A DNA stretch of 64,000 nt, taken from Cyanophyceae cyanobacterium. GTDB lineage: Bacteria > Cyanobacteriota > Cyanobacteriia > Cyanobacteriales > JBHJGN01. Under the pieces are notes generated by a model. That model ran no database searches. It was not told the origin of the DNA and was given only the letters and a program-made list of their open reading frames with translations. The DNA lies in contig JBHJGN010000066.1 in assembly GCA_050331735.1 (NCBI GenBank), forward strand, positions 10,624-74,623, in the 5' to 3' direction. Shown here piece after piece: positions 28,925 to 39,974 of this stretch. The position numbers were made by a program, and so were the translations under genes. The stretch's first letter is position 1. Each line of letters starts with the position of its first letter.

Positions 28925-29094
28925 GCGGGACGGGAATGTCCGGTGCGGGATGGGGAAAGGGGAAAGGGAAATCTGTCGCTCCGCGACGGGTAAAGGTAAA
29001 GAACACAGAGTTAAGGAACAAACTGAATAATTACTCCCTTTTCCCCTTTCCCCGCGCCTGCGGCGCTTTCCCCTTTCCCCTGCGCCCTTCGCGC
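28925..29094. repeat. Composite intergenic repeat, copy 2
   Basis: GGGGAAA and TTTCCCC arms, GTCGCTCCGCGACGGGT at 28975-28991, extra mini-hairpins gcgcctgcggcgc and gcgcccttcgcgc. Confidence 0.75.
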
Positions 29095-30009
29095 TTAGGA
29101 GCGCTGCCCCTTGGCGCTTTGCCAGTCTTTTTCAACGCGGTCGATGCCGTAGAACCGTTTCCAGAACCGATCGGTGACCCACGTTGGGAGCACTTTCGTC
29201 ATCAGAAACAGCAACATCCGTCCTCCAGTGGCGGCTACGTAGCGCGGACGCGGGTGGCGGTCTGTGAGAGCGCGAACGATGACTTGAGCCACTTTTGCGG
29301 GTTCCCAGCCCAATTTTTCCGTTTGCTGTTCGATTCCCGCTATTTTTTCAAAGACAGCTTGGTAGGGAGTTTTTTCGGGATGGGGCATGGTGCGCTCGGC
29401 TTGACGATTAGCGACCTCAAAAAACTTCGTTTTCACAGGGCCAGGCTCGACGACAATCGCGTGGATATTAAACGCCTTTAGCTCCATGCGCAACACATCC
29501 GTCAAAGCTTCTAGGGCAAATTTGGAAGCGCTATACAGTCCTCCAGCGGGAAACGCCATTCGTCCTCCAAGCGAACTGACGTTGATGATTCTGCCGCCAC
29601 CTCGGTCACGCATGACCGGAATCAGAGCCTGAGTCAGCGCGAGCGGACCGTGAAAATTAACGGCAAACTGGCGCTTAGCGGCATCAGTGGGCACCATTTC
29701 AATCGGGCCCATCTGACCGTAACCAGCATTATTAATCACAGCATCGACCCGATCGAAATGGGCAACAGCTTTGTACGCGAGTGCTTTTGCCTGCTCTGTT
29801 TCCCCGATGTCTGTTGGAATCGCCAAGACATCGGCTCCTGCTTGGCGGCAGTCGGCTGCCACTTGCTCTAGCTGGTCTTGATGGCGAGCAGCGATCGCTA
29901 AACGAACCCCCCGATAGTTTGTTGCCAAGGTTCTCGCTAAAGCAGCGCCAATTCCAGTCGAGGCTCCGGTAATGAGTATCACTTGTTCAGATAGAGGAAT
30001 CGATGCCAT
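29095..30009 (-). CDS. SDR family oxidoreductase
   Basis: TGASTGIG, NNAG, YSASK. Confidence 0.93.
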   Translation of the reverse strand: MASIPLSEQVILITGASTGIGAALARTLATNYRGVRLAIAARHQDQLEQVAADCRQAGADVLAIPTDIGETEQAKALAYKAVAHFDRVDAVINNAGYGQMGPIEMVPTDAAKRQFAVNFHGPLALTQALIPVMRDRGGGRIINVSSLGGRMAFPAGGLYSASKFALEALTDVLRMELKAFNIHAIVVEPGPVKTKFFEVANRQAERTMPHPEKTPYQAVFEKIAGIEQQTEKLGWEPAKVAQVIVRALTDRHPRPRYVAATGGRMLLFLMTKVLPTWVTDRFWKRFYGIDRVEKDWQSAKGQRS

Positions 30010-30194
30010 GAGTCATGCTTGTTCCAGGTCGTTTGTCCCTTATATCATTTTCTCGGGTAGGGATAGCAATTTTGTGAATTCTGGGTACATTTTCTCTGCC
30101 AGCAGCGAATGAATCCTCGTTCTCAGCAAGACTGCCAGCCTCCGTGGCAGGAGGAGCCAGTGCTTCTGGTCAGTTTAGTTACCCCCATTGAGCC

Positions 30195-31586
30195 ATGAGC
30201 CGAGCAGGAGCTAACTCTCATCCATCTCAGTCGATTTTCAGCCCTCATCCCCAGTCCTGTCCCCCCAACCACCCTGCGGCTGAAACGCCAGCGTCAACGC
30301 CTTGTCGAGAACAGGCCGATGAAGTCGGGGCAGCAGCGCGCGCTCAGATGAAACGCCGTCAAGACCGTAACGAGCGATGCCAGCGGCTTCGTGCCGGCGA
30401 GCGCCTCCCCAAGAGCTTAGCAGCCATCGGCACCGGACTTAGCTTAACGACAATCTTAGCCTACGGCTTGACTCGTCCTTGTGTGCTAGGGCCATGTCCT
30501 GCTGTTGCTCAGGCCAAGCAGTTAGCTCAAGTCAAGCCATCTGAGCTCAACCCATCCCGGCCCGATTTACAGCAGCTAGCGCAGACGGTCGAGCAGTTGG
30601 CAGCGATTCCCGCCTGGTCTCCCCATGCGGCGGAGGCCAATGCCCTCTTAGATGAGGCTGGCCAACTGGCCAGTCTACAAACCATTGTCGCGGCTCAGGC
30701 GGATGTAGCCGAGGCGACCGGTTTATCAGCAGCGACTCAGATTCAGGTCGCGCAGCAGGCGATCGCTGCTTTGGAAACGATTGCTGCTGATAGCAACCTA
30801 TCTGAGCTGGCTCAAACCCAGATTCAGCAATACCAGCGCCAGATAGCCAGAATAAAGCAGGCCCAAACCGGGGTAGCCGCAGCGCGCTCCGCCGCAGAAT
30901 TGGCTCAACTGCGTACTTCAGCAGCTCGCTCACTGTCCGACTGGCAGCTTGTGGAAGCGACTTGGAAAACCGCTATTCAGCGTCTCGAAGACGCGGCTGA
31001 TACCACCCTCGCCGCTGAGAGTCAGCAACTCCTGAGCCGCTATTCCTCCGAGCTGCAAACCGTCCAGCAACGCCGTCAGCAAGAAGAACTGGCTCTCAAC
31101 ACTCACAATCAAGCAGCCGCGCTTGCCAAACGCGCTCTTGACTCAGAAGCAAATAATCAATGGTCCACCGCTGTGGCTCACTGGCGTAACGCTCTCAGCA
31201 CCATTAAACAAATTCCTGAAGAAACCTCTCAGTACCAGCACTCTCACCCTTTAATCAACAGATATGCTGAGGCCTTAAAACAGGCCCAAGCGCATCAGCG
31301 CAACTACAGCGATCTTGGCCAAGTATGTTTCCAAGATATTTGTCGCTACTTGATCGAAAAACACCGCATCAAAATTTACCTGTCGGAGGCGTATACCAAG
31401 CAGGTGCGGCAAACGGCCCTAGATGCTAAAGTCCGCAACAATCTCCAAGCGCAAGTTGATTTGCTCGACCACATCGCCAGCTTAGAAAAAGGGCTAGAAA
31501 CGGTTGGTTATAATGCAGAGCTGCCGATTGAAGTATATAGTCCTCAAAAAGCTTTGCTGCTGATTCTCAAAAGCCAAAACAAGTAG
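30195..31586 (+). CDS. Hypothetical membrane-anchored alpha-helical repeat protein
   Basis: 463-aa ORF with one TM segment followed by RPCVLGPC, and repeated W..A...L..IP motifs. Start uncertain. Confidence 0.7.
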   Translation: MSRAGANSHPSQSIFSPHPQSCPPNHPAAETPASTPCREQADEVGAAARAQMKRRQDRNERCQRLRAGERLPKSLAAIGTGLSLTTILAYGLTRPCVLGPCPAVAQAKQLAQVKPSELNPSRPDLQQLAQTVEQLAAIPAWSPHAAEANALLDEAGQLASLQTIVAAQADVAEATGLSAATQIQVAQQAIAALETIAADSNLSELAQTQIQQYQRQIARIKQAQTGVAAARSAAELAQLRTSAARSLSDWQLVEATWKTAIQRLEDAADTTLAAESQQLLSRYSSELQTVQQRRQQEELALNTHNQAAALAKRALDSEANNQWSTAVAHWRNALSTIKQIPEETSQYQHSHPLINRYAEALKQAQAHQRNYSDLGQVCFQDICRYLIEKHRIKIYLSEAYTKQVRQTALDAKVRNNLQAQVDLLDHIASLEKGLETVGYNAELPIEVYSPQKALLLILKSQNK

Positions 31587-31651
31587 CAACCTCATTTAAT
31601 AGCGGTTATTAACTTTCGTATATCCCGCAGTCATCAGGGGGCAATGAACGC

Positions 31652-32030
31652 TCAAGAATCAACGATCAGCTCCATTGTATCTAGTTCTTGAGCGTCATAA
31701 ATTCCTTCAAAGGCTTCTAATGAAGCTTTTCTTAACGCTGATTCATAAGCATCTGCTAACGTTTCTACTAATTCTGCTGTAGTCAGATAAGTCCCTTTCG
31801 CTTGATGCCGCTGATTAGTACACAGAGTTGAAAATTGAAGTTTCCCAAGATTTTGTTGTTCGGTTCTCGGCAGCTTTTTTAATTAGGTGTAGTAAAAGAA
31901 TAATTCCGTAGCTAAAGATTTTGTTGAGCTTATCAGATTGACTCATCTCTTCTAATTCTTCCACCAGCTCTAAAGCTTCAGGGATTTTTCCTTGATGCAG
32001 TAATTCTTTGAGAGCAATTAATTCTTCCAT
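31652..32030 (-). pseudogene. DUF29 family gene, frameshifted
   Basis: MEELIALKELL...LEEMSQSDKLNKI...LLLHLIK...SWETSIFNSV, then a frameshift near 31820. Continues in another frame as TNQRHQAKGTYLT...AYESALRKASLEAFEG to TGA at 31652. Confidence 0.8.
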
Positions 32031-32079
32031 CGGTTTTCCCCGTCATTAGCTACAGTGTTTGAACGAGCATGACAAAAAA

Positions 32080-32859
32080 TCAAGGCAACACCAGTTGAGC
32101 ATCTCGGTTAAAGAATTTACGGTAAACTCCTGCCGTTACTAACGCCGTTGCCGCTAAATTAGTCAGCGCGATCGCATAGAGAATCAACAGTTGATAGGAG
32201 GCGGCATTGAGAGGCTCGCTCCCCGCCAGAACCTGTCCAGTAAACATTCCCGGTAAGCTGACTAATCCGACCACCAGCATTTGATTGAAAGTGGGAATGA
32301 GGCTGACACCAATCGCTTCCCGGCGGTAAGAGGCGATCGCCTGCTGGGGTGTTGCTCCTAAACAGAGATGCGTTTCGATTTCCAGGCGATTGTTGTTAAT
32401 TTGGCTAACAAGACGTTCGCCTGCTAGAGAGGCTCCGTTCATAGCGTTGCCGAGGAGCAGGCCCATCAGCGGAATCAAATACTGAGGGTCATACCAAGCC
32501 AGGGGCTGCACGATCAGCGCTACAACATATCCCAACGTTAAGGCGCTACTCACCCCCAGGCTGCCCCACACTAAAGGCAGCAATCCGGGAATTTTCTGGC
32601 TGATGCGGTTACGCGCCACCATTGAGGCGACGGTAAGCATAATGCCCAAAACGATTAAAACAACCCAAAACTGATTCAGCGCAAACACAAACGCTAACCC
32701 GTAGCCCACTACCAAAAGCTGAAGCAGCGCTCGTCCGGCGGCAAAAACGAGCTGACCCTCCAGCCCCAGTTTCTGCCAAACAGACAGGACGACTGCTGCG
32801 CCAACGAGTCCCAAGGCCAGCGCTAGGTCAGCAAAATCCAGTTCAATGAGTTCGTTCAC
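32080..32859 (-). CDS. fetB: FetB/YbbM (UPF0014) ABC permease
   Basis: RALLQLLVVG, PQYLIPLMGLLLGNAM, LGATP, GLVSLPGMFTGQVLAG. Confidence 0.85.
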   Translation of the reverse strand: MNELIELDFADLALALGLVGAAVVLSVWQKLGLEGQLVFAAGRALLQLLVVGYGLAFVFALNQFWVVLIVLGIMLTVASMVARNRISQKIPGLLPLVWGSLGVSSALTLGYVVALIVQPLAWYDPQYLIPLMGLLLGNAMNGASLAGERLVSQINNNRLEIETHLCLGATPQQAIASYRREAIGVSLIPTFNQMLVVGLVSLPGMFTGQVLAGSEPLNAASYQLLILYAIALTNLAATALVTAGVYRKFFNRDAQLVLP

Positions 32860-32936
32860 AGCTTTGGTAAGTTTTGATTGAATGAGGATAGATGAGAGAT
32901 TAGTTTTTGTTGATTGTTGATGGTTGATGGGCTAAC

Positions 32937-35807
32937 TCACTCAGCCGCGTCTAAAATTTCGACCGTTCCCCTCTGGCCATCTAAGCGGATCTGCTGACCA
33001 TCTTGAAGTACCTGGGTCGCGTCATGAACGTCCATGACGGCGGGAATGCCGTACTCGCGGGCGACAATGGCTCCGTGAGATAGACGACCGCCCACTTCTG
33101 ATACGAGTCCGCCAGCGCGGGCTAACAGCGGCGACCAGCCGGAGTCGGTGTAGGGAACCACCAAAATCGTCTGCCGATCGATGTCGGCCATATTTTCGAG
33201 AGTGTGAACGACTTTGACTCGCCCCTCTACCTGCCCAGGACTGGCGGCAATGCCCTGGAACTGCTGGTGAGAGGAGCGTGTTTGAGAAAACGTACTCACA
33301 GAGGGAGTGCCAAAGGTCACTAGCGGGGGGGTCAATTCCTGGTGCTGTTGAAACTGAATCTGTCTTTGCCGAATGAGCTCTGGGAGTGCCAGATCGTTCT
33401 CCTGAGCGATCGCCTGACGAATCTCGGCCCATTCTAAAAAGAAGATATCTTCAGCCTGCTCCAGCACACCGGTCTGTTGCCAGTGCTGAGCCAAGGCTAA
33501 AAAGCTCCAGCGCAGATGAGCGAGGAACTGGGAATAGAGTTCTGTGGCTTGACCCTTAAGGGTGAGTCGTTTTTGGACAATTTCTGCCTTCCATCCCTGC
33601 GATTTGGGAGGAGAGGAGGGAGTCGGCGTCGCGAGCAGTTGAGCAAACAGCTCGCGCACAGGACGCGGATCTTCCCGCCAGCGAGGGACGGCAATATCAG
33701 TCGCGGCTTTGCTGAGATAGCCATAGCGGTTCAACCACTGCTGAAACTGCTCTAAAATATTTTCCCCATCCGGGCTTTCGGCGAGGTGAGCAAAGAGGGA
33801 GGCAGAACTAGCAGAGGCGAGTTGGTCCTTGGGCAGCAGATGACGCGTCTCGACAGCAAGGCGGCTCAGAGAACGCAGCGAAGCAATTTCTGGAGTTTGA
33901 GAGCTATCAAGGTCAGTTTCGGAAACCTTCAGCACCGTCTGCCGCAGCGCCAAACTGAGAGGAGCCAGAATGCTGTAGTAGGTTGCCCGCTTGAGCACGT
34001 CAAGAATAGTTTCGATCCGGCTGAGAAGAGCTTCCGCCGACAGATGAGCCACAGGCTGTTCCTGCAAGTCATCGAGGGTAGCGGCAAAATAGCGATCCTT
34101 GTCGCGCTCAAAGTCCTGTTCAAGCCGCCATTCTCGCTGGAGCAGTCGTAGCAAGCCCGGTAGGTTGTGCAGCGTAGACAGCAGCGGCGGTTTGGTCATC
34201 TTCGCGCCTCGAGTCAGAAACTCCAGGCTTTCTGGGGGGAGCCCCATGCGGCGGAAAATTTTCCCCAGCAGAGTGGCGTTGAAGTACGCTCGAGAAAAGT
34301 GGAGGGTGGCCGTTTGGGAAAAATCAAGCTCTGAAGCTCGTTTGCCGAGCACAATGGTAAAAATTTCCCCCCACACGCCACAGGTCAGCGGTTGATTAAT
34401 CGACCAGGTGAGCGGTCGAATGATGCCGGGAATGACTTCTGACGCGATCTTGCGCGTCCAAATTGGCTGGAGCGTCGTAATCGGTCGCGCCTGCAGAACC
34501 CAGAGCTGCTGACCATCGTAGGTCCACTCGATGTCCTGGGGAATGCCGTGATAGCGGTCTTCGATTTCTCTGGCGAGTTGAGCAACTGACTGCAATAATT
34601 CGGCAGGCATCCTGTCGTCTAGATTAGCTGAGTCCCAACGACTCACAGCAAGTTCTGGCTCCTGGAGCTGGACTCGATACTGATGGGGCGTTGCTTTGCC
34701 AGAAACGACTTGAGCCGCATCCCCCGGTAGAGCCTCAATGACCACCGCTGAGTCGAGCTGATCGAGGGGGTTACGGCTGAAAGCAACGCCGGAAAAAGCC
34801 CCCCGAATTTGCTGCTGGACAATCACCGCCATCGCGCTGTCCTCCTGATGTCGCTCCCGACGATACTGCACGGCTGCCGGGTTGTTGTAGGAAGCCAGAC
34901 AGTCGAAAATCGCCGTTTGTAAAGATAGGCGATCGCTGACGTTTAAAACCGTGGTGTATTGTCCCGCCGCCGAGGCGGTTTCTGAGTCTTCTCCCAGAGC
35001 GGACGAGCGCACAACCACCGGAGACTCAACGGTGGGAGCGAAGAACTCGAGCAGCGGCTTTGGGTCATCTCCGGCGGGAAGCACCCAGCCATCGGGAACA
35101 GCATAGCCCCAGCGCTTTAGTTGAGACAGGGTAGCTGCCTTTTGGCCAACTTGATGGGCATCGAGAGGATCATCGAGAGAGCGTAGGGCGCGATCGCCGC
35201 GAAAGAAGCGAAACACTTTTTGAGACTCCGGGTTTGAGTGAGTAGCAGAGAGATTTAGGTCGTCAGGAATTTGGGAGTAGATCCAGGCGAGCAGACCAGC
35301 GAGAATCATCGCGGCCCCAATTCGTTCGGGTTGAGGATGCCGCAGCGCTAAGATGAGAACAAACAACACAAGCGCCCCGAGACGCCCAGAAGTACGGTGG
35401 CGGAAAATAGTGAAGCTAATGCCTGCGATCAGAAACACTAAACCGGCTGTGATGGGGTCGTGGACGGCAATGCCCCAAATAACGTTGGTGGTTCCCGCTC
35501 CTTTGGCCCTCCAGTATCGTCCGATGACGAGGGCAATGAGGGCAACCAGTTCCCAAACCGGATCGGTTGGGAAAAAAGCCCGCGCTAGCAGGACGGCCCC
35601 AATCCCTTTGAGCGCTTCAGACAGCACGGCCAAAATCCCGACTAGTTTACCGCCATGATAGAAAGCCGCCGACACAGAAACGTTGCCCGTGCCTGCTGCC
35701 TGAAGAGACTGTCCGGCGAGCGCCCGCGCGATCCAGTCAATTAGGGGTAACCCCCCAATGAGAGGGCAAAGGATAAAGATGACTAACGAACCCCAAACCT
35801 GCGTCAT
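32937..35807 (-). CDS. Fusion of a PlsY-like membrane domain, PEP-synthase-type ATP-grasp, helical domain and phospho-His swivel domain
   Basis: GTGNVSVS, EALKG and KGAGTTN in a multi-TM N-terminus; VGQKA, VRSSALGED, SAAGQY, DIEW, LQARPIT; C-terminal GGRLSHGAIVAREYGIPAV. Confidence 0.88.
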   Translation of the reverse strand: MTQVWGSLVIFILCPLIGGLPLIDWIARALAGQSLQAAGTGNVSVSAAFYHGGKLVGILAVLSEALKGIGAVLLARAFFPTDPVWELVALIALVIGRYWRAKGAGTTNVIWGIAVHDPITAGLVFLIAGISFTIFRHRTSGRLGALVLFVLILALRHPQPERIGAAMILAGLLAWIYSQIPDDLNLSATHSNPESQKVFRFFRGDRALRSLDDPLDAHQVGQKAATLSQLKRWGYAVPDGWVLPAGDDPKPLLEFFAPTVESPVVVRSSALGEDSETASAAGQYTTVLNVSDRLSLQTAIFDCLASYNNPAAVQYRRERHQEDSAMAVIVQQQIRGAFSGVAFSRNPLDQLDSAVVIEALPGDAAQVVSGKATPHQYRVQLQEPELAVSRWDSANLDDRMPAELLQSVAQLAREIEDRYHGIPQDIEWTYDGQQLWVLQARPITTLQPIWTRKIASEVIPGIIRPLTWSINQPLTCGVWGEIFTIVLGKRASELDFSQTATLHFSRAYFNATLLGKIFRRMGLPPESLEFLTRGAKMTKPPLLSTLHNLPGLLRLLQREWRLEQDFERDKDRYFAATLDDLQEQPVAHLSAEALLSRIETILDVLKRATYYSILAPLSLALRQTVLKVSETDLDSSQTPEIASLRSLSRLAVETRHLLPKDQLASASSASLFAHLAESPDGENILEQFQQWLNRYGYLSKAATDIAVPRWREDPRPVRELFAQLLATPTPSSPPKSQGWKAEIVQKRLTLKGQATELYSQFLAHLRWSFLALAQHWQQTGVLEQAEDIFFLEWAEIRQAIAQENDLALPELIRQRQIQFQQHQELTPPLVTFGTPSVSTFSQTRSSHQQFQGIAASPGQVEGRVKVVHTLENMADIDRQTILVVPYTDSGWSPLLARAGGLVSEVGGRLSHGAIVAREYGIPAVMDVHDATQVLQDGQQIRLDGQRGTVEILDAAE

Positions 35808-35843
35808 GGGAATTAAGTAAACCGTATCAGTTTCTATTCAATT

Positions 35844-36902
35844 ATGACCGATGAACGACCAGCCTCCCCTTCACTGAGTAACGGGAACCTTGTTCTCACC
35901 TTAGGCGATCCGGCAGGAATTGGACCAGAGGTAGTCCTGAAAGCATTAGCCCACTGCGCTCTGCCGATCGCGGTGGTCGGCAGCCGAGCGCTGCTTTGGC
36001 AGTGCTACGAACAGCTCCGCCAGCGCCCTACCTATCGTGAGGGGAGCTTAGCCCACCCAGATGAGCTAACGATCCTCGATGTTCCGGTGGATGCCACTTT
36101 AGAGTCAATCCAGGGCCGGGGCAGTGCCGTTAGTGGAGCGGCAAGCTTTGCCTCCCTCGACGAGGCGATCGCCCGCACCATCAGGGGAGAATTTGCGGGA
36201 ATTGTGACGGCTCCCATCGCCAAATCCGCCTGGAAAGAAGCCGGACACCACTACCCCGGGCAAACAGAAGTGCTGGCGCACCGCGCCGGAGTGGACAAGT
36301 TTGGGATGCTGTTTGTGGCGCGATCGCCTCATACGGGCTGGACGCTACGCACTCTGTTAGCAACCACTCACATTCCACTCCGTCAGGTTCCCCAAGCCCT
36401 CACTCCTGAACTAATGTCTCTCAAGCTGGAGCTGCTCGTCCACTGTCTGAAAACCGATTTTGGCCTCGAAGCCCCCCGAATTGTCGTGTCTGGCCTCAAT
36501 CCCCACAGCGGCGAACAGGGCCAACTCGGCTTGGAAGAACGCGACTGGCTGATTCCCTGGCTGGCTCAGGCGCAGCGTCAGTATCCCCGAATTGAGCTGA
36601 GTGGTCCTGTCCCGCCTGATACTCTGTGGGTCAAACCCGGACAGGCGTGGTACGGTGGTTCTGCTCGGGCAGCCGATGGCTATCTGGCGCTCTATCACGA
36701 CCAAGGCCTGATCCCAGTAAAATTAATGGCGTTCGACCGCGCCGTTAACACCACCATTGGTTTGCCCTTTGTCCGAACCTCTCCTGACCACGGAACCGCG
36801 TTCGATATTGCTGGGAAAGGCATTGCCGATGCCACCTCGATGCTGGAGGCGATTCAGTTAGCGATGGAGTTGGTCAAGCAGAGGATGTCAGCCTATCTAT
36901 AG
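35844..36902 (+). CDS. pdxA: 4-hydroxythreonine-4-phosphate dehydrogenase
   Basis: [46 protein letters not shown]. Confidence 0.96.
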   Translation: MTDERPASPSLSNGNLVLTLGDPAGIGPEVVLKALAHCALPIAVVGSRALLWQCYEQLRQRPTYREGSLAHPDELTILDVPVDATLESIQGRGSAVSGAASFASLDEAIARTIRGEFAGIVTAPIAKSAWKEAGHHYPGQTEVLAHRAGVDKFGMLFVARSPHTGWTLRTLLATTHIPLRQVPQALTPELMSLKLELLVHCLKTDFGLEAPRIVVSGLNPHSGEQGQLGLEERDWLIPWLAQAQRQYPRIELSGPVPPDTLWVKPGQAWYGGSARAADGYLALYHDQGLIPVKLMAFDRAVNTTIGLPFVRTSPDHGTAFDIAGKGIADATSMLEAIQLAMELVKQRMSAYL

Positions 36903-37189
36903 AAAAGTAAAAACTGCTCTGAATAAGCTTTCCAAGTTTCCTTCAAAAGAGGAGCAATCAGATTTTCGCAAATTGCGGACTCTGAATTGTTGGCCACGCT
37001 ATCCCGCACGAAGCTCAGTAAATCGTCGCGAAAAAAAGTTAGCTTCCCGGTAGAACATCTGAAAATCTTTGACCACTGCTCTGACGGTTTTACAGGTGCT
37101 GAAAGGCATGGCCTGCTTGGATGGCTTCAACTAAGTGCTTTAAAATATGAGCGAAAAGGATTCACTTTTGAACTGGCTCCCCAACTAGT

Positions 37190-38359
37190 ATGAAAACCTG
37201 GCTGCAACCTCCTCGCCTGCGCATTCATGAAGACGATCAGCCCCGTCATGCTACCTGGCTAGAACTATTTTACGATCTGCTGTTTGTGGTAGCAGTATCT
37301 CAGCTTGCCCATAACCTCAGTCAGGATGTTTCTGTTGTCGGGTTTTTCAGCTTTGTCGCTCTATTTCTGCCGGTATGGTGGGCCTGGATCGGCACGACAT
37401 TTTACGCCAACCGCTTTGATAGCGACGACAGCGGACGGCGGCTGCTGATGGGGCTACAGATGTTGGCTATAGCAGCCCTTGCTGTTAACATCCATCACGG
37501 TTTGGGAGAAACTTCTTTTGGCTTTGCGCTGTCCTACGCCGCCGCGAGATTTATTTTGGTGTTTGAGTATCTGTGGGCGGGCAAGCATATTCCCACAGCG
37601 CGAGGACTCGCCTACTATTATGCAGGCGGGTTTGCGATCGCCGCTGCTATCTGGCTCGTGTCTGCCTGGGTTCCGATGCCGTTTCGCTTCATTCTGTGGG
37701 CGATTGGATTAGCAATCGACTTTGCTACCCCGCTGACGGCTCAGAAGTATCAGCGCCAACTGCTTCCTCATCTAGAACACTTGCCGGAACGGTTTGGACT
37801 GTTTGTGATTATTGTTTTAGGAGAAGCTATTATTGCGGTTGTTAGCGGCATTGCTGAGGTAAACTGGCAGGCGATGTGTGCGCTAGCAGCCATTTTTGGC
37901 TTTGTCATTGCCTTTAGTTTGTGGTGGCTGTATTTTGAAAACGTCGGCGGAGCCTCCCTGCGTAAGGCGGGAACCGCTGGACGCATCTTTATTTTTCAAG
38001 TTTGGCTCTACGCTCATCTGCCTCTGGTGATGGGCCTTGCTGCCACAGGAGTGGGGGTAGAACACGTGATTATCAGTAGCCAAGAGAATCAAGCTTTGCC
38101 CAGTGCTGAGCGCTGGCTCATGTGCGGTTCTGTTGCGCTATGCTTTTTGTCGTTGGGGCTGCTTCACCGCACCGGAATCATTAAACTTTGTAAAATGCGC
38201 ACTCGGCATCGCTTGGGGGCAGTGGGAGTGCTGTTAGGGCTCGCCATTGCTGGCATCAATTTGCTTCCGCTTACGGTGATTGCGATTGTCGCCATCATTT
38301 GCCTCGGCGAAGTCTTGCTCGATATTTATCAGGGAAGACCCGTTGTCACTGAACAATGA
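37190..38359 (+). CDS. Low temperature requirement protein A (LtrA) family membrane protein
   Basis: ATWLELFYDLLFV, WWAW, NRFD, HLPERFGLFVIIVLGE. Confidence 0.9.
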   Translation: MKTWLQPPRLRIHEDDQPRHATWLELFYDLLFVVAVSQLAHNLSQDVSVVGFFSFVALFLPVWWAWIGTTFYANRFDSDDSGRRLLMGLQMLAIAALAVNIHHGLGETSFGFALSYAAARFILVFEYLWAGKHIPTARGLAYYYAGGFAIAAAIWLVSAWVPMPFRFILWAIGLAIDFATPLTAQKYQRQLLPHLEHLPERFGLFVIIVLGEAIIAVVSGIAEVNWQAMCALAAIFGFVIAFSLWWLYFENVGGASLRKAGTAGRIFIFQVWLYAHLPLVMGLAATGVGVEHVIISSQENQALPSAERWLMCGSVALCFLSLGLLHRTGIIKLCKMRTRHRLGAVGVLLGLAIAGINLLPLTVIAIVAIICLGEVLLDIYQGRPVVTEQ

Positions 38360-38479
38360 GCAGTGACCAATAAGCCATGAAGGCTGTTGGTGGCTGTTAT
38401 CCTCCAGTTGCCGAGGGAGAAAGCTAAGATAGAGATCCTGGGATTAAGAACAGCAGAATATTATTTTGTCGCTACCCTT

Positions 38480-38911
38480 ATGCTGAATGCAACGGTCCTC
38501 TGGCTCATTGCTGGAATGATTCTCTGTTTGATGGAGTTCACCATCCCAACAGCATTTGTGGAGTTTATGTTGGGCATTGCCGCCCTTTTGGTGGCGGCCA
38601 TCTCGCTCTTTGTGCCTCAGTTTAGTGTGCAGGTGGTGCTGTGGATTGTTCTGTCAACGGCTCTTATTTTCCTGTCGCGGCGCTTTTTTACGCCTAAACG
38701 GAGGGCTGTGAGGGCGGACGAGGATCGAGAAGGCAAAACGCTCACTGAAATTTATCCAGGAGAAACGGGCAGAATTTTGTATGAGGGCAACTCTTGGCGA
38801 GCTAAGTGTGCTGATGAAGCCATGGCGATCGCCCCGAACCAAAAGGTTTATATTGTCGGGCGGGAGGGCAATACGTTGGTGGTGTTACCCCGCAGCTTAC
38901 TAGATAGTTAA
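38480..38911 (+). CDS. NfeD family protein (short, OB-fold)
   Basis: TM N-terminus, [22 protein letters not shown]; adjacent to an SPFH gene. Confidence 0.88.
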   Translation: MLNATVLWLIAGMILCLMEFTIPTAFVEFMLGIAALLVAAISLFVPQFSVQVVLWIVLSTALIFLSRRFFTPKRRAVRADEDREGKTLTEIYPGETGRILYEGNSWRAKCADEAMAIAPNQKVYIVGREGNTLVVLPRSLLDS

Positions 38912-38927
38912 TGAGAGGAACCGAGAC

Positions 38928-39932
38928 ATGGAACAGCTATTTGCAATTGTATTTTTAGTGTTGGCCGGTTCAGGATTGGCGGGATCTGTCAAAATTGTCA
39001 ATGAGAAACATGAGTATCTAGTCGAAAGCCTCGGCAGCTACAAAAAGAAACTAGAACCCGGCCTAAACTTTACCATTCCATTCGTCGATCAGGTTGTCTA
39101 TAAAGACACCATCCGCGAGAAGGTGCTTGACATTCCGCCCCAGTCGTGCATTACCCGGGATAACGTGGCCATCAGCGTTGATGCCGTGATCTACTGGCGG
39201 ATCGTCGATATGTATAAAGCCTATTACAAGGTGGAAAATCTCAAAAAAGCAATTGAAAACCTAGTGCTGACCCAGATTCGCTCCGAGATGGGCAAGCTAG
39301 AGCTAGACGAAACTTTTACTGCCCGTTCAGAAATCAACGAAATCCTGCTGCGGGAACTCGATATCGCCACCGATCCGTGGGGAGTGAAAGTGACTAGAGT
39401 GGAACTCCGGGACATCATGCCCTCCAAAGCTGTACAGGATTCAATGGAGCTACAGATGGCGGCAGAAAGAAGGAAACGAGCAGCCATTTTAACGTCAGAA
39501 GGAGATAGAGATTCCGCCATCAACTCGGCAGAAGGAAAAGCCGAAGCACGGCTGTTAGAAGCCGAAGCCGCCAAAAAATCAGCGATTTTAGAGGCCCAAG
39601 CTCAAAAAGAAGCAATTGTTCTTAGAGCCGAAGCAGAACGCGCCGAGCAAGTTCTCAGAGCCCAGGCGGTTTCCCAAGCTATGGAGCTAGTCACCGAAAA
39701 GCTCAACACCGACCCGACGACCCGTGAATCTCTGCAATTTCTGCTGACGCAGAATTACCTGGAGATGGGCAAGGCCATTGGCAGCAGCGAGAGCAGCAAA
39801 GTGATGTTCATGGACCCCCAGAGTATCGTTTCCACCATTGAGGGCATGCGAGCGGTGATTGGAGACGGTAAAAGCAAGACTCCTCTGGAGCTAGATTTAG
39901 AAAAGATCGAGCGTTATCCTAAAGAGCAATAG
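38928..39932 (+). CDS. SPFH/band-7 (stomatin/QmcA-like) protein
   Basis: [39 protein letters not shown]. Confidence 0.93.
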   Translation: MEQLFAIVFLVLAGSGLAGSVKIVNEKHEYLVESLGSYKKKLEPGLNFTIPFVDQVVYKDTIREKVLDIPPQSCITRDNVAISVDAVIYWRIVDMYKAYYKVENLKKAIENLVLTQIRSEMGKLELDETFTARSEINEILLRELDIATDPWGVKVTRVELRDIMPSKAVQDSMELQMAAERRKRAAILTSEGDRDSAINSAEGKAEARLLEAEAAKKSAILEAQAQKEAIVLRAEAERAEQVLRAQAVSQAMELVTEKLNTDPTTRESLQFLLTQNYLEMGKAIGSSESSKVMFMDPQSIVSTIEGMRAVIGDGKSKTPLELDLEKIERYPKEQ

Positions 39933-39974
39933 CTCTGAGCCGTTAGCTAGTGAGCGAGCAGAAAAGCTCAAAGC

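Noticed and set aside
28936-29481. 181-aa plus-strand ORF
   Set aside because: It translates the heptamer repeat and the antisense strand of the SDR gene.
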